Below are positions 1 through 9,361 of a stretch of DNA of 53,009 nt, one piece after another; position 1 is the stretch's first letter; every line of letters begins with the position of its first letter. The notes beneath the pieces were generated by a model. That model saw nothing but the letters and a program-made list of their open reading frames with translations, had not been told where the DNA came from and searched no databases. Source of the stretch: Eubacteriales bacterium (lineage in GTDB: Bacteria; Bacillota; Clostridia; Oscillospirales; SIG627); contig JAZSDQ010000062.1 in NCBI GenBank assembly GCA_045531235.1, forward strand, positions 1 through 53,009, given 5' to 3'. Position numbers and translations under genes: made by a program.

Positions 1-610
1 CCTGTTCATTAATCAACGCAGAAAATGAAACAGAATTTCCTCGTGGAAAAGCTTTTATCATACGGCGAAGAACAAATACAACCTTAGATTCTACGGGCGC
101 CACTTTGGCTGAAAAAATATTCTGAACATCTTCTTTTTTCTTTCTTTCCCGCTCTTCTTTGAGTGCCGTCCGCATTTGCAGAAACGCCTGCCAAAGGGCT
201 TCAGGATCTCCATCGGTTGATTCAACTTTAATTATGGGCTCTTTTGGGGTAGGATAATAGCGAAAAAAATAGTCCTTAATTCTGCCAAATAAAAATTCAG
301 CAGCTCGCTTGACCTCTGAATACTCGATCAGCGAACGAACAAGGTCATCTCTCGGATCTTCTTCATTGTCGTCCTGCGGAAGCAGCATCTTAGACTTAAT
401 ATACACAAGCTCACAAGCCATCACAATAAACTCACTGGAAAGCTCAGCATTGTACATTTGGCAAAGCTCCATATATGCAAGGTATTGCTCAAGGATCTCT
501 GCAATAGGAATATCATAAATATTGATCTTTTGTTTAGAGATCAGCGTAAGGAGAAGATCAAGAGGTCCATCGAAGGTCTCTAGCTTAAAATTGATCTGTT
601 CAGTTGCCAT
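1..610 (-). CDS. scpA: Segregation and condensation protein A (kleisin ScpA); the 3' part lies beyond the window edge
   Basis: Not in the ORF track because it runs off the window. Manual translation from the ATG at 610-608 gives MATEQINFKLETFDGPLDLLLTLISKQKINIYDIPIAEILEQYLAYME..., a typical ScpA N-terminus. Confidence 0.85.
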   Translation of the reverse strand, partial: MATEQINFKLETFDGPLDLLLTLISKQKINIYDIPIAEILEQYLAYMELCQMYNAELSSEFIVMACELVYIKSKMLLPQDDNEEDPRDDLVRSLIEYSEVKRAAEFLFGRIKDYFFRYYPTPKEPIIKVESTDGDPEALWQAFLQMRTALKEERERKKKEDVQNIFSAKVAPVESKVVFVLRRMIKAFPRGNSVSFSALINEQ

Positions 611-611
611 A

Positions 612-1277
612 TCAAAGGATCACTCCTCCTGCAATATTCATAAATAGCTCGAAGAAAAACATTACAAGCGTATCGATCGGGCCGGACAAAACACCGATCC
701 ACAACAAAATAAACATTCCAAATTGGATATACCTTTCATAGGGTAAAATGCGAAAAAGAATGCGATCCGGAAGAAACGAATATAAGATCTTTGAACCATC
801 AAGCGGTGGAATGGGAATTAGGTTAAAAACGCCAAGACCGAGATTAATGCTTACCATATATCCAACCATTTGATAAACCACTCTGAAAACTCCGGATGAT
901 TGGCTAGATAAAAAGCCGCCTGAAATACCGATTTTAATTATTAAAACATAAGCAAAAGAAAACAAAAAGGCAAGCACGAAATTGCACAAAGGTCCTGCCA
1001 AAGCGCAAATTGCCATATCACGTTTTGGCTTCTTAAAATATCGAGTATCTACCGAAACCGGCTTCGCCCAACCAACTTTGAAAAATAATAGACACAAAAA
1101 ACCAATTGGATCTATATGCCTTAGCGGATTCATTGAAAGACGTCCCATATATTTTGCTGTAGGATCGCCAAGACGATAGGCAGCATAGCCGTGACACAAT
1201 TCATGAGCTGAAAGAGCAATTAAAATAACAGGTAGTGTAATGAGAAAATCTGTAACAGTAGATATTAACTTCTCCAT
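612..1277 (-). CDS. Site-2 protease family (peptidase M50) membrane metalloprotease
   Basis: 221-aa multi-pass membrane protein with an HExxH motif in a TM segment (SAHELCHGYAAYRLGDP) and a downstream LDG motif (PIPPLDGSK). Confidence 0.8.
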   Translation of the reverse strand: MEKLISTVTDFLITLPVILIALSAHELCHGYAAYRLGDPTAKYMGRLSMNPLRHIDPIGFLCLLFFKVGWAKPVSVDTRYFKKPKRDMAICALAGPLCNFVLAFLFSFAYVLIIKIGISGGFLSSQSSGVFRVVYQMVGYMVSINLGLGVFNLIPIPPLDGSKILYSFLPDRILFRILPYERYIQFGMFILLWIGVLSGPIDTLVMFFFELFMNIAGGVIL

Positions 1278-1287
1278 AAATTCACCT

Positions 1288-2046
1288 CTATTTCTGCTCC
1301 CTCCTCAAGACCTCAAATGCACACACCGCTGCTGCAGCAGATGCTGTTAAAGAGCCGTTAAAGTTTCTGCCATACGGGATTCTTACTCTCAAATCCGATG
1401 CATTCAAAATATCTTTAGAAATGCCTCTTTTTTCACCGCCAACAATAACGAAAATCGGCTTTTTCAGCGGGGCATCATAGACAGAAATAGAATCAGTTTC
1501 CGAAGCACACACAATCGAATACCCTTTTTCTCTTGCTACTCTGCAAAGCTCAGAATTATCCGTGGCAATTGCACAAGGAAGAGCATCAATTGTGCCGGCA
1601 GAACTACGGAGTGTCACTCCGACAGCATTTAACCAGTTTCTGGGAGTAAGCACCATGCCACCGGCACCCGCAGCATAAAAGGAACGAACAGCACAACCGA
1701 AATTAAAGGGGTCCTCAATTCCGCAAATCATAAACACAAAACCATTGCCATTATCAAAAATATCTTCAACAGATTGGCATTTTCTTTCACCAACCCGGGC
1801 AATCAAACCACCGTGAGTATGACCCGTTGTTACCAAATCAAAAAATGTTTGATCTGATAGTTTTACAAGAATTTTGTTCTTTTTAGCAAGAGATAAAACG
1901 CGCTGTATCTTACAGTCATCTTTTTTAATGTCGGGAAGCAAAAGGATCTCGTAAATCGGACGAGACTTATTTTTTAATACGGAAAGAACAGATAACGCGC
2001 CCTCTGCATAAAAAAATTCCTCATGCTCAGCCACAGTCTTTTTCAT
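1288..2046 (-). CDS. TrmH/SpoU family RNA 2'-O-methyltransferase
   Basis: SpoU motifs GIEDPFNFGCAVRS, VGGEKRGIS and IPY..SLTASAAAAVCAFE. ATGA overlap with the upstream yebC. Confidence 0.8.
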   Translation of the reverse strand: MKKTVAEHEEFFYAEGALSVLSVLKNKSRPIYEILLLPDIKKDDCKIQRVLSLAKKNKILVKLSDQTFFDLVTTGHTHGGLIARVGERKCQSVEDIFDNGNGFVFMICGIEDPFNFGCAVRSFYAAGAGGMVLTPRNWLNAVGVTLRSSAGTIDALPCAIATDNSELCRVAREKGYSIVCASETDSISVYDAPLKKPIFVIVGGEKRGISKDILNASDLRVRIPYGRNFNGSLTASAAAAVCAFEVLRREQK

Positions 2047-2765
2047 TCGTTCTCCCAGTTATGCCAATAATTCTGAACATCTTCGTTATCGTCAAGTGCA
2101 TCAATCAACTTCTGCATTTTAATAATAGATTCTTCGTCAGAAAGGGTCACATAGTTCGAAGGGATTTTTGCTTCTTCAGTTGAAAGAATGGTAAAACGTC
2201 CACGCTCGAGCTCATCCTTAACTGCATAGAGATCATTCACCGGGGCTAAAACTACAAAAGCATCACCTTCGCGGCAAATGTCGTCAGCACCAGCATCAAG
2301 AGCTGCTTCCATCAAAGCGTCTTCGCCAACACCTTTTGCGTCAACAATAACAATGCCTTGATCGGAAAAGAGATATGATACACACCCGGTCGTGCCCAAA
2401 TTTCCACCAAACTTATCAAAATAATGGCGAAGATCTGCACTGGTGCGGTTACGGTTATCCGTTGCACACTCTACGATTACTGCAATGCCGCTGGGGCCAT
2501 AACCTTCATAGTAAATAGATTCATAGTTTTCAGAATCAGAGGATGCTGCTTTTTTAATAATACGATCAATATTATCATTAGGAACATTAAGCCCCTTAGC
2601 CTTAGAAATCAAATCGCGAAGTTTTGAGTTTGCATTGGGATCTGCTCCTCCTGCTTTCACCGCCATCGCGATTTCCTTTCCAATCTTTGTAAATACTTTT
2701 GCTCTCTGCGCATCGGTTTTCTCTTTTTTATGTTTAATATTATTCCACTTGGAATGGCCGGACAT
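2043..2765 (-). CDS. yebC: YebC/PmpR family DNA-binding transcriptional regulator
   Basis: Canonical N-terminus MSGHSKWNNIKHKKEKTDAQRAKVFTK. The start is moved to the ATG at 2765, which has a GGAGG 8 nt upstream; the track ORF starts 5 codons earlier at a TTG. Confidence 0.9.
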   Translation of the reverse strand: MSGHSKWNNIKHKKEKTDAQRAKVFTKIGKEIAMAVKAGGADPNANSKLRDLISKAKGLNVPNDNIDRIIKKAASSDSENYESIYYEGYGPSGIAVIVECATDNRNRTSADLRHYFDKFGGNLGTTGCVSYLFSDQGIVIVDAKGVGEDALMEAALDAGADDICREGDAFVVLAPVNDLYAVKDELERGRFTILSTEEAKIPSNYVTLSDEESIIKMQKLIDALDDNEDVQNYWHNWENE

Positions 2766-2785
2766 TTTAGTTTCCTCCAATTATT

Positions 2786-4486
2786 TTAAATTTTTTCTGG
2801 TGTTCTTAATCCAATCAAATGAAGTGCGGTTCCAAGCACATTTTTCACAGCTTGACACAAAGAAAGACGAAGTTCCTTCTCGCTTCCTTCTGCACTGTGG
2901 ATCGGACATGCATTATAAAAACGGTTAAAGCTTTGACAGAGGTCTAAAGCAAAGCGCGTAATAATAGACGGCTCATATTCGTTCAAGGAACGCACAATAC
3001 GATCGGGAAACAACGCAAGGGTTGAAATCAATTCTTTCTCCTCTTGACCAAAGTTTGCACTTTCCGGACATGAGAAAGAATTCGCCTTATTCAAAATACT
3101 ACATGCACGTGCATAGGTATATTGAGCATAGGGACCGGTATTTCCTTCAAAATTCAAGGCTTCTTCCCAGTTGAAGTTTACATCTTTAATTCTGTTGGCA
3201 GAAAGACTGCTGAGAATAACAGCACCAACTCCAACATCACGCGCCACTTTTTCCTTATTCTCAAGATTGGGGTTCTTTTCTTCAATAATAGCGCCTGCTT
3301 TTTCAATGGCATCGCGGAAAAGGTCGTCAAGAAGAACTACATTTCCGGTTCGCGAAGCAATCTTTTCGCCGTTAATACTAAATGTACCATAAGGTACGTG
3401 AACTAGCTGATCTTCCCAGTCATAACCCATAAGTCCAACGACCTTAAACCACTGAGCAAAGTGCAAGCTTTGACCGCCGCTGGTTACATAGACACACTTA
3501 TCAAACTTATACTCTTTCTTTCGCCAAAGTGCAGCAGCAATATCGCGGGTAGGATACAGAGAAGAACCGTCCCTCTTCAAAATAAGGCAGGGTGGCATTT
3601 TATATTTCTCAAGATCAACAAGACTTGCGCCATCGTCTAGTTTTAATAAGTTCTTATCCTGGAGTTCTTGAACAACAGCGGGCATTTTATCACTATAAAA
3701 GCTCTCACCGTTAAAACTATCAAATGTGACACCCAAGAGATCATAGGTTTGCATATACTCTTTCAAGCTAATTTCTTTAAAAATGCGCCACAAACGAAGG
3801 TTCTCTTCATCACCTGCTTCCAGCTTTGAGAACTCTTTTCTAGCTTCGTCATTAAGCGAGGGTTCTTTTTCTGCTTCAGTGCCAAAAAGAACATAAAGTC
3901 GATTCAGTTCCTCAATGCCAACACGACGTACCGTTTCCTCATCGCCCCATTTTTTAAATGAAACAACGAGTTTTCCATATTGTGTTCCCCAGTCACCAAG
4001 ATAATTGATACCTACAGTTTCAAATCCGGAAAACTGATGAATCAGCTTAATGGAATTACCGATGATAGTAGTTCCAAGGTGACCAATGTGGAAACGTTTC
4101 GCAATGTTGGGAGAAGAATAGTCGATAACCATTGTCTTTCCCTTGCCTATTTCGTTTCTTCCATAATCCACGCCTTTTTCAAGCATATCAGAAAGAAGTG
4201 CGAGTCGGAAGTCATCGCTTAAGTAGAAATTAAGATAACCACCTGCATTCTCAGCCTTTGCAACACCATTAATAGGCGAAGAGGTAATCTTTTCAGAAAG
4301 CTCGGCAGCAATAACAACCGGGCTCTTTCTTAAGATTTTTGAAAGCTGAAAGCATGCAAAAGCAAGATCGCCCATCTCAGGGTTAGGTGGAGTATCAAAG
4401 AGATCCTTTATAGCTTCGGCAGTAATGAGTTCCGAGTCTAAAAGCTCACATAATTTTTTCGCAATAGTTTTTTTGATTGTGTTCAT
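2786..4486 (-). CDS. argS: Arginine--tRNA ligase
   Basis: 566 aa with a class I HIGH motif (SSPNIAKRFHIGHLGTTIIGN), ArgRS-type anticodon-binding C-terminus and an N-terminal Arg_tRNA_synt_N-like region. Confidence 0.92.
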   Translation of the reverse strand: MNTIKKTIAKKLCELLDSELITAEAIKDLFDTPPNPEMGDLAFACFQLSKILRKSPVVIAAELSEKITSSPINGVAKAENAGGYLNFYLSDDFRLALLSDMLEKGVDYGRNEIGKGKTMVIDYSSPNIAKRFHIGHLGTTIIGNSIKLIHQFSGFETVGINYLGDWGTQYGKLVVSFKKWGDEETVRRVGIEELNRLYVLFGTEAEKEPSLNDEARKEFSKLEAGDEENLRLWRIFKEISLKEYMQTYDLLGVTFDSFNGESFYSDKMPAVVQELQDKNLLKLDDGASLVDLEKYKMPPCLILKRDGSSLYPTRDIAAALWRKKEYKFDKCVYVTSGGQSLHFAQWFKVVGLMGYDWEDQLVHVPYGTFSINGEKIASRTGNVVLLDDLFRDAIEKAGAIIEEKNPNLENKEKVARDVGVGAVILSSLSANRIKDVNFNWEEALNFEGNTGPYAQYTYARACSILNKANSFSCPESANFGQEEKELISTLALFPDRIVRSLNEYEPSIITRFALDLCQSFNRFYNACPIHSAEGSEKELRLSLCQAVKNVLGTALHLIGLRTPEKI

Positions 4487-4494
4487 AATGTCTC

Positions 4495-5622
4495 CTAGGA
4501 AATTGTTACGGAACCTTTCTTTGCAGTATCAACAATAGAAACATAACTCCTACCGGGCGCTACTTTAAGTTCGCTTCCATCTTCGGCATAGTAAGAAAAT
4601 TCAGCAGTTTCACCGGAACGTTTCCATGTGATCTTCTGAGCGAAACCACCATTGAAATAGTACCCTTCGCCTTCACCAACGAGAGTTATTTCGCGATGGC
4701 CAACGCTATCAATAATCTTGTGGTTTGCATAAATAATGAAAACATTATCTGTTGCCACTTGTTCACCGGTAACACCGTCAACATGAGCACCACTGTACTG
4801 ACTGTGCAAATACTTTTTGCTCGTTTCATCATAGCGGAACTCAGAAACAGCATAAGAAGAATGAGGGATCTTAATATACTTAGCAGTCAACCCATTTTCA
4901 ATTCCGCCAAACCCAAAATCAAACGAAAAAGCGGTAAAATCCTTATTATTCAACACGGTTCGGTAACCCTTTTGTGAAGCAACCGCAGCAAGACCGGCTC
5001 CGTTCGCAAAAGCAGTATGTTCCAAAGAATAACCATTCTTGATTCTGTTTTGATCGCGGTAATAGGTATCCTTTCCGTCAACCTTTCCGCTGATAGTCAT
5101 GCCATTGAGATTATTGATCTTAAGTCTCGCAATCAGTTCATCACCTTGAGACGATGCACCCCAATGAGCGTAAATGGCATCATAAGCCGTAGCAATCTGA
5201 ATAAAATAGGGTCTCGCTGAACGAACACTACCTAAAACACCGGCGTTGGCATAATCAAGAATAATCCCTTCCAAACGAAGAATGCCTCCTTCGGCCAAGG
5301 CTTCGTAAATAATATCACACTTGCTCAAGCCTGACTGAGGGAGAGCAGGCTTAATATTGTTCAACATAATCGCCAAGGGACGTTTGCCAACAAGAGATTC
5401 ATCGCAAGGTAGTCCGGTTAAAGGATTAAAATAAACAGGCGTCAAAATCTCAGTTTCTTTTTCTTCCTCCGTAGTAACCTCAGACAAAATACCCTCTGTA
5501 GTAACTAGTTCTTCGGTTGTAGTTCCAACGGTTTCGTTTTTTCCACATGATACCAACGGGAACAACATAAAAATAGCTAAAAACAAAACGCCCAGTCTTC
5601 TAATTGTTTGTTTCATAAGCAC
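4495..5622 (-). CDS. DUF3048 family lipoprotein (YerB-like)
   Basis: Signal peptide plus lipobox (FPLVSCGK). DUF3048 core RPLAIMLNNIKPALPQSGLSKCDIIYEALAEGGILR. Lies 8 nt upstream of argS. Confidence 0.75.
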   Translation of the reverse strand: MLMKQTIRRLGVLFLAIFMLFPLVSCGKNETVGTTTEELVTTEGILSEVTTEEEKETEILTPVYFNPLTGLPCDESLVGKRPLAIMLNNIKPALPQSGLSKCDIIYEALAEGGILRLEGIILDYANAGVLGSVRSARPYFIQIATAYDAIYAHWGASSQGDELIARLKINNLNGMTISGKVDGKDTYYRDQNRIKNGYSLEHTAFANGAGLAAVASQKGYRTVLNNKDFTAFSFDFGFGGIENGLTAKYIKIPHSSYAVSEFRYDETSKKYLHSQYSGAHVDGVTGEQVATDNVFIIYANHKIIDSVGHREITLVGEGEGYYFNGGFAQKITWKRSGETAEFSYYAEDGSELKVAPGRSYVSIVDTAKKGSVTIS

Positions 5623-5691
5623 TCCTTTGCATCGCTAACGAAAAAATGGCGCAATGCACGTATTTTATTACCAACTATTATATCATTTGAA

Positions 5692-5729
5692 GCAAAAAAA
5701 AGCAACAGATTTATCACAAAAATCTGCTG
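5692..5729 (-). terminator. Second of two tandem intrinsic terminators after the SBP gene
   Basis: Minus strand cagcagattt-N7-aaatctgttg (one G-U pair) followed by cttttttttg. Confidence 0.55.
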
Positions 5730-5737
5730 TAAATAAA

Positions 5738-5773
5738 ACAAAAAAATAAGGGAAACTCATAAATGAGTTTCCC
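5738..5773 (-). terminator. Intrinsic terminator after the SBP gene
   Basis: Minus strand gggaaactcatttatgagtttccc followed by ttattttttt. Confidence 0.8.
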
Positions 5774-5787
5774 TTTTAATAAAATGA

Positions 5788-7512
5788 TTATTTTGCTGTA
5801 TCAAGCGCCTCCTGAGCCGCAAGATATGCTGCATTCTTTTCAGCATAATTCTTCAACTCAGCATTGGTAAAGATGGTGAAGCCATAAGGGCTTGTTTCAA
5901 GACCCTTCAGTTCGGAAGAAGCAAGATAGTTGTTGGTATAGAATGCCAAAGCGATAGCAGGGCAATCTTCGGCAAGCATCTTCTCCACCTCAATCAGCTT
6001 TGAAATACGATCTTTTCTGGTAGAGAGCGAAAGAACCTCGTCAAGAAGAGCGGTGTATGCTTCGGAATTATATCCGGTAATGTGAGGAGCTACACCCGTA
6101 GAATCATCAGCAACAGAAACTTCACTTCCACTGTAAGTAGCTGCAAAAGGCGCAAGAGCAGCATAGGGGTTGGTGGAAAGGCCAAGATAGTCAAGACCAA
6201 TTACATCAAATTCACCACTGTAAAGTGCAATTTCATAAGCTTTAGCATCAAGGCCGTTTAAAGAAACGGTGAAACCGAGGCTTCCCCATACGTTCTTTGC
6301 ATACTCAGCAACCTTAGCATCATATTCACGATCATTGCGATAAGTAATAGCAAAAGATCCGGAAGAAACACCAGCTTCGGAGAGAAGAGCTTTGGCAGCA
6401 TTTACATCTGCAGATACAGAATAAACATCGTCTGCTTCATCACGGAAATTTTTCTTCATGGTGGAACCGGTTGCAACGTCGGTAACAAAACCAGTTGCAG
6501 CTTTGGATCCAAGACCGATAATAGAAGCAATTTCTTCGCGAGAAATCGCTGTGCTGAGTGCCTTGCGAACTTTAGCATTCTTCAGAATATCGTTTTCGCA
6601 ATCAAAGAAATAGGTGTAAGAAGACAACGTATCAGAAGACTCGATATCTTTTTTGTTAGCTTCGTAGGTATCTTTAGTAAAGTTGCCAACATAATAAATG
6701 TCACCGTTCTGGAATGCAGCGACCGCATCAGCGGGACTCTTGGCATAGTCAGTGATCAACTGATAAGGCTTGACATAGGTGTTGTTGCTTTCTTCTTCAT
6801 CAGCATCTAAACGATAAAACTTAGAAAACTCCAAGAGATAGTTGCCGTCAGCATTCATCGCCTTAAGAGAAAACTTACCGTTAGTACCGATGTCGTTGAC
6901 GTTAGTGGCCCAAATATCTTCTTTGCCATTAACAATGTCATCTCTCTGAGGAATGAGTGCAGGGCTGGAAATTGCTTCAAGGAACAATTCCACATCGATA
7001 GCCTTCTCAAATTCAACTTCAATAGTGTCAGCGTCAACAGCAGCAACGCCGAGATCGTCAATGGTCTTGAACCCGGCTTTAACATCCTTTGCGTTTTTAA
7101 CGTCATAAAGAAGAGCAGCAGCAGGGCTGGCGGTTTCAGGTGATAAAACGCGCTTCCAAGCATAAATTACATGGTCAGCAGTGAAGAAACGTCCGTCATT
7201 CCACTTAGTAGAAATCAGATCGATGTAGAGAAAATATTCTCCTCTTTCTTCGTCGAACTTTTGCTCCCACTTAGAAGCGAGCAGAGGCTCGATTTTGCCG
7301 GATGAGGTAACTTCGGTCAGTCCTTCATAGATTAGACCGGACACCTTAACAAAATCCTTGTCGTAAATCATTTCGGCGGGGTCTAAGTCATTTTGAGGAG
7401 TGGCAAGATACATGGGGATGATAGAACCCATATCGTCCAAATCAACAGCACAAGAACACAGACAGACCGAAAGCATTGCAGCTACAAGCAATAATGCAAC
7501 TACCTTTTTCAT
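5788..7512 (-). CDS. ABC transporter substrate-binding lipoprotein, family 5 (peptide/nickel type), with no permease or ATPase genes nearby
   Basis: 574 aa with signal peptide and lipobox (CLCSCA). Length and sequence style fit OppA/DppA-like SBP_bac_5. Confidence 0.75.
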   Translation of the reverse strand: MKKVVALLLVAAMLSVCLCSCAVDLDDMGSIIPMYLATPQNDLDPAEMIYDKDFVKVSGLIYEGLTEVTSSGKIEPLLASKWEQKFDEERGEYFLYIDLISTKWNDGRFFTADHVIYAWKRVLSPETASPAAALLYDVKNAKDVKAGFKTIDDLGVAAVDADTIEVEFEKAIDVELFLEAISSPALIPQRDDIVNGKEDIWATNVNDIGTNGKFSLKAMNADGNYLLEFSKFYRLDADEEESNNTYVKPYQLITDYAKSPADAVAAFQNGDIYYVGNFTKDTYEANKKDIESSDTLSSYTYFFDCENDILKNAKVRKALSTAISREEIASIIGLGSKAATGFVTDVATGSTMKKNFRDEADDVYSVSADVNAAKALLSEAGVSSGSFAITYRNDREYDAKVAEYAKNVWGSLGFTVSLNGLDAKAYEIALYSGEFDVIGLDYLGLSTNPYAALAPFAATYSGSEVSVADDSTGVAPHITGYNSEAYTALLDEVLSLSTRKDRISKLIEVEKMLAEDCPAIALAFYTNNYLASSELKGLETSPYGFTIFTNAELKNYAEKNAAYLAAQEALDTAK

Positions 7513-7679
7513 TTATAAACCTCCTAAATGGTACATAGCAATACCAAAATACTACGAAAGAGTATAACATCTTTTGAAAAAATAATCAAGAAATATTACA
7601 ACAATTCATAAAATCTTTTTATTTTCCCTTTATTTGCACAATTTCAAAAAATGAGTGTTGTGCTATTTTACTAAAAAAG

Positions 7680-8462
7680 CTAGCAAAATGTAACGATTTC
7701 ACCGCCTAAATCTTCAGAAAAAGGAATCACTGCCAATTCCGAGGAAAGCGAGTTTAACGCCTTACTGAAGTAAAGAGATGCATTTTTCTCAGAAGCGTAG
7801 TGGCCACAATCAATTACCGTCATACCAAGTTCCACTGCATCCAAGGCAATATGATAAGGAATATCGCCACCGATAAAGGCATCTGCCCCCTTCAAAAAAC
7901 AAGGCTTAACTAAATCCTTTCCAGATCCGCAGCAATATCCTACCTTCACAATATCGAGTTCGGCTGAATACATTTTTACCGGCGAAGATAACACGTGCGA
8001 AACATGGCGAGCAAGTTCTAAAGGAGAGTACTTTGCCGGGAGATCACCAATGCCGCCAACATTTGGTTCATTCTCCAAAAATCCACCGGAGCAAGACGGT
8101 AAAATACCAATACTTTTTGCAAACATTTCATTAAGTCCACCAACGGCCGAATCAAACCTTGTATGTAACGAAATCAGAGAAATTCCCGCTTCTAATAACA
8201 TTAGAATTTTTTGACCGACAACGGTTTCTTCATTAATACTCACGATCGGTGAAAAAATCATCGGGTGGTGACTCACTATTAATTCGCATCCCTCTGCTCG
8301 TGCCTTTTCAATAGCAGCAAAGGTAACATCAAGGCAAGTCAAAACCTTTGTAACTTCTTTTCTTCGATCGGGGCAAACAAGAAGGCCTCCATTGTCCCAT
8401 TCGCAGGCAAAAGAAGACGGGTAAAGTGTTTCAAAATATGATTCTATCTCATAAATTCTCAC
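7680..8462 (-). CDS. Nif3-like dinuclear metal centre protein (YqfO/GTP cyclohydrolase 1 type 2 homologue)
   Basis: 260 aa with ELIVSHHPMIF and GHYASE motifs. Conserved trmK-nif3 synteny. Confidence 0.85.
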   Translation of the reverse strand: MRIYEIESYFETLYPSSFACEWDNGGLLVCPDRRKEVTKVLTCLDVTFAAIEKARAEGCELIVSHHPMIFSPIVSINEETVVGQKILMLLEAGISLISLHTRFDSAVGGLNEMFAKSIGILPSCSGGFLENEPNVGGIGDLPAKYSPLELARHVSHVLSSPVKMYSAELDIVKVGYCCGSGKDLVKPCFLKGADAFIGGDIPYHIALDAVELGMTVIDCGHYASEKNASLYFSKALNSLSSELAVIPFSEDLGGEIVTFC

Positions 8463-9177
8463 AGTTATCCTCCATTAGGGATAATAAAAATTGTTCTTCT
8501 TTTTCTTCTTGTAAGACATCAAGCTTTGCATTAATCCTTCCTTCTTTTTTTGTACGGACTTTGTTAAGCAATGCCTTCCAATAACGTTTTATAACAGAGT
8601 TTGTATTTTTTGGCAAATATTCGCCAAATTTATAAAAAAAATCATCTTGTTTTCTAATTATCTTGTCATATGTGGCGCAGAACACGGGAAAAAATTTATC
8701 GTTTTCAAAAACTACAGTTTCTTCATAAACGCGAAAGCCGTTTTCGTACAAAAATTTTCTGAGATAAGCTTCCCTGCTCATTGGTTGCAAAATGAAAGTA
8801 ATGCCTGCAGAGATCGACGAGATGCCTCTCTCCAGAATTCCGGAAATCGTTTCTCCCCCCATACCTGCAATAACGTACACGTCAGGGTTGTAGCATGTCG
8901 TATTATCAATGCCATCAGTGAGTAAAAAGTCCGCAAGATGATCAACTTGTTCACGAACCAAGGCTTTTTTGGCTCGTTCCAAAGGAAAACAATTCAAATC
9001 GGTTACAACAACACGGGGGCAGTGACCGCTTTTTAACAGATAAAGAGGCAATGCGCCGTGATCGGATCCAACGTCACACACGACACAATCTTTCGGAACA
9101 CGCTCCGCAATTGCGAGAAGCCGTTCCGAAAGACAAGCCGAGTGGACCAATCCATTACTTGCAGGCAAGGTATGCAT
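8449..9177 (-). CDS. trmK: tRNA (adenine22-N1)-methyltransferase TrmK
   Basis: LSERLLAIAERVPKDCVVCDVGSDHGALPLYLL is typical TrmK. The track ORF (to 9330) has a 51-codon N-terminal extension that overlaps the DUF1858 gene in another frame. I chose the internal ATG at 9177; a TTG a few codons downstream is also possible. Confidence 0.8.
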   Translation of the reverse strand: MHTLPASNGLVHSACLSERLLAIAERVPKDCVVCDVGSDHGALPLYLLKSGHCPRVVVTDLNCFPLERAKKALVREQVDHLADFLLTDGIDNTTCYNPDVYVIAGMGGETISGILERGISSISAGITFILQPMSREAYLRKFLYENGFRVYEETVVFENDKFFPVFCATYDKIIRKQDDFFYKFGEYLPKNTNSVIKRYWKALLNKVRTKKEGRINAKLDVLQEEKEEQFLLSLMEDNCENL

Positions 9178-9358
9178 TGATCTTAGCAACCAATTCATCT
9201 GCATTGGTGCCATGAACAGCACATGCCTGAGCAATGCTCTCGCCGCGAGATGCAGGGCATCCCAAGCAGTGCATACCAATCTCGAAAAAGAACTGAGCAG
9301 TTCCCTGATCTGCATCGAGAATATCGCCAATAATGCTTTCTTTAGTTACAGAAGTCAT
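9155..9358 (-). CDS. DUF1858 / hybrid-cluster-protein-associated redox disulfide domain protein
   Basis: 67 aa, TIGDILDADQGTAQFFFEIGMHCLGCPASRGESIAQACAVHG with a CxxC motif. RBS AAAGGAG lies inside the 3' end of the upstream gene. Confidence 0.75.
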   Translation of the reverse strand: MTSVTKESIIGDILDADQGTAQFFFEIGMHCLGCPASRGESIAQACAVHGTNADELVAKINAYLACK

Positions 9359-9361
9359 AGT

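Noticed and set aside
9178-9330. N-terminal 51-codon extension of the trmK ORF overlapping the DUF1858 gene
   Set aside because: The extension has no TrmK homology and overlaps a well-supported gene in another frame. The conserved TrmK sequence begins right after the internal ATG at 9177.
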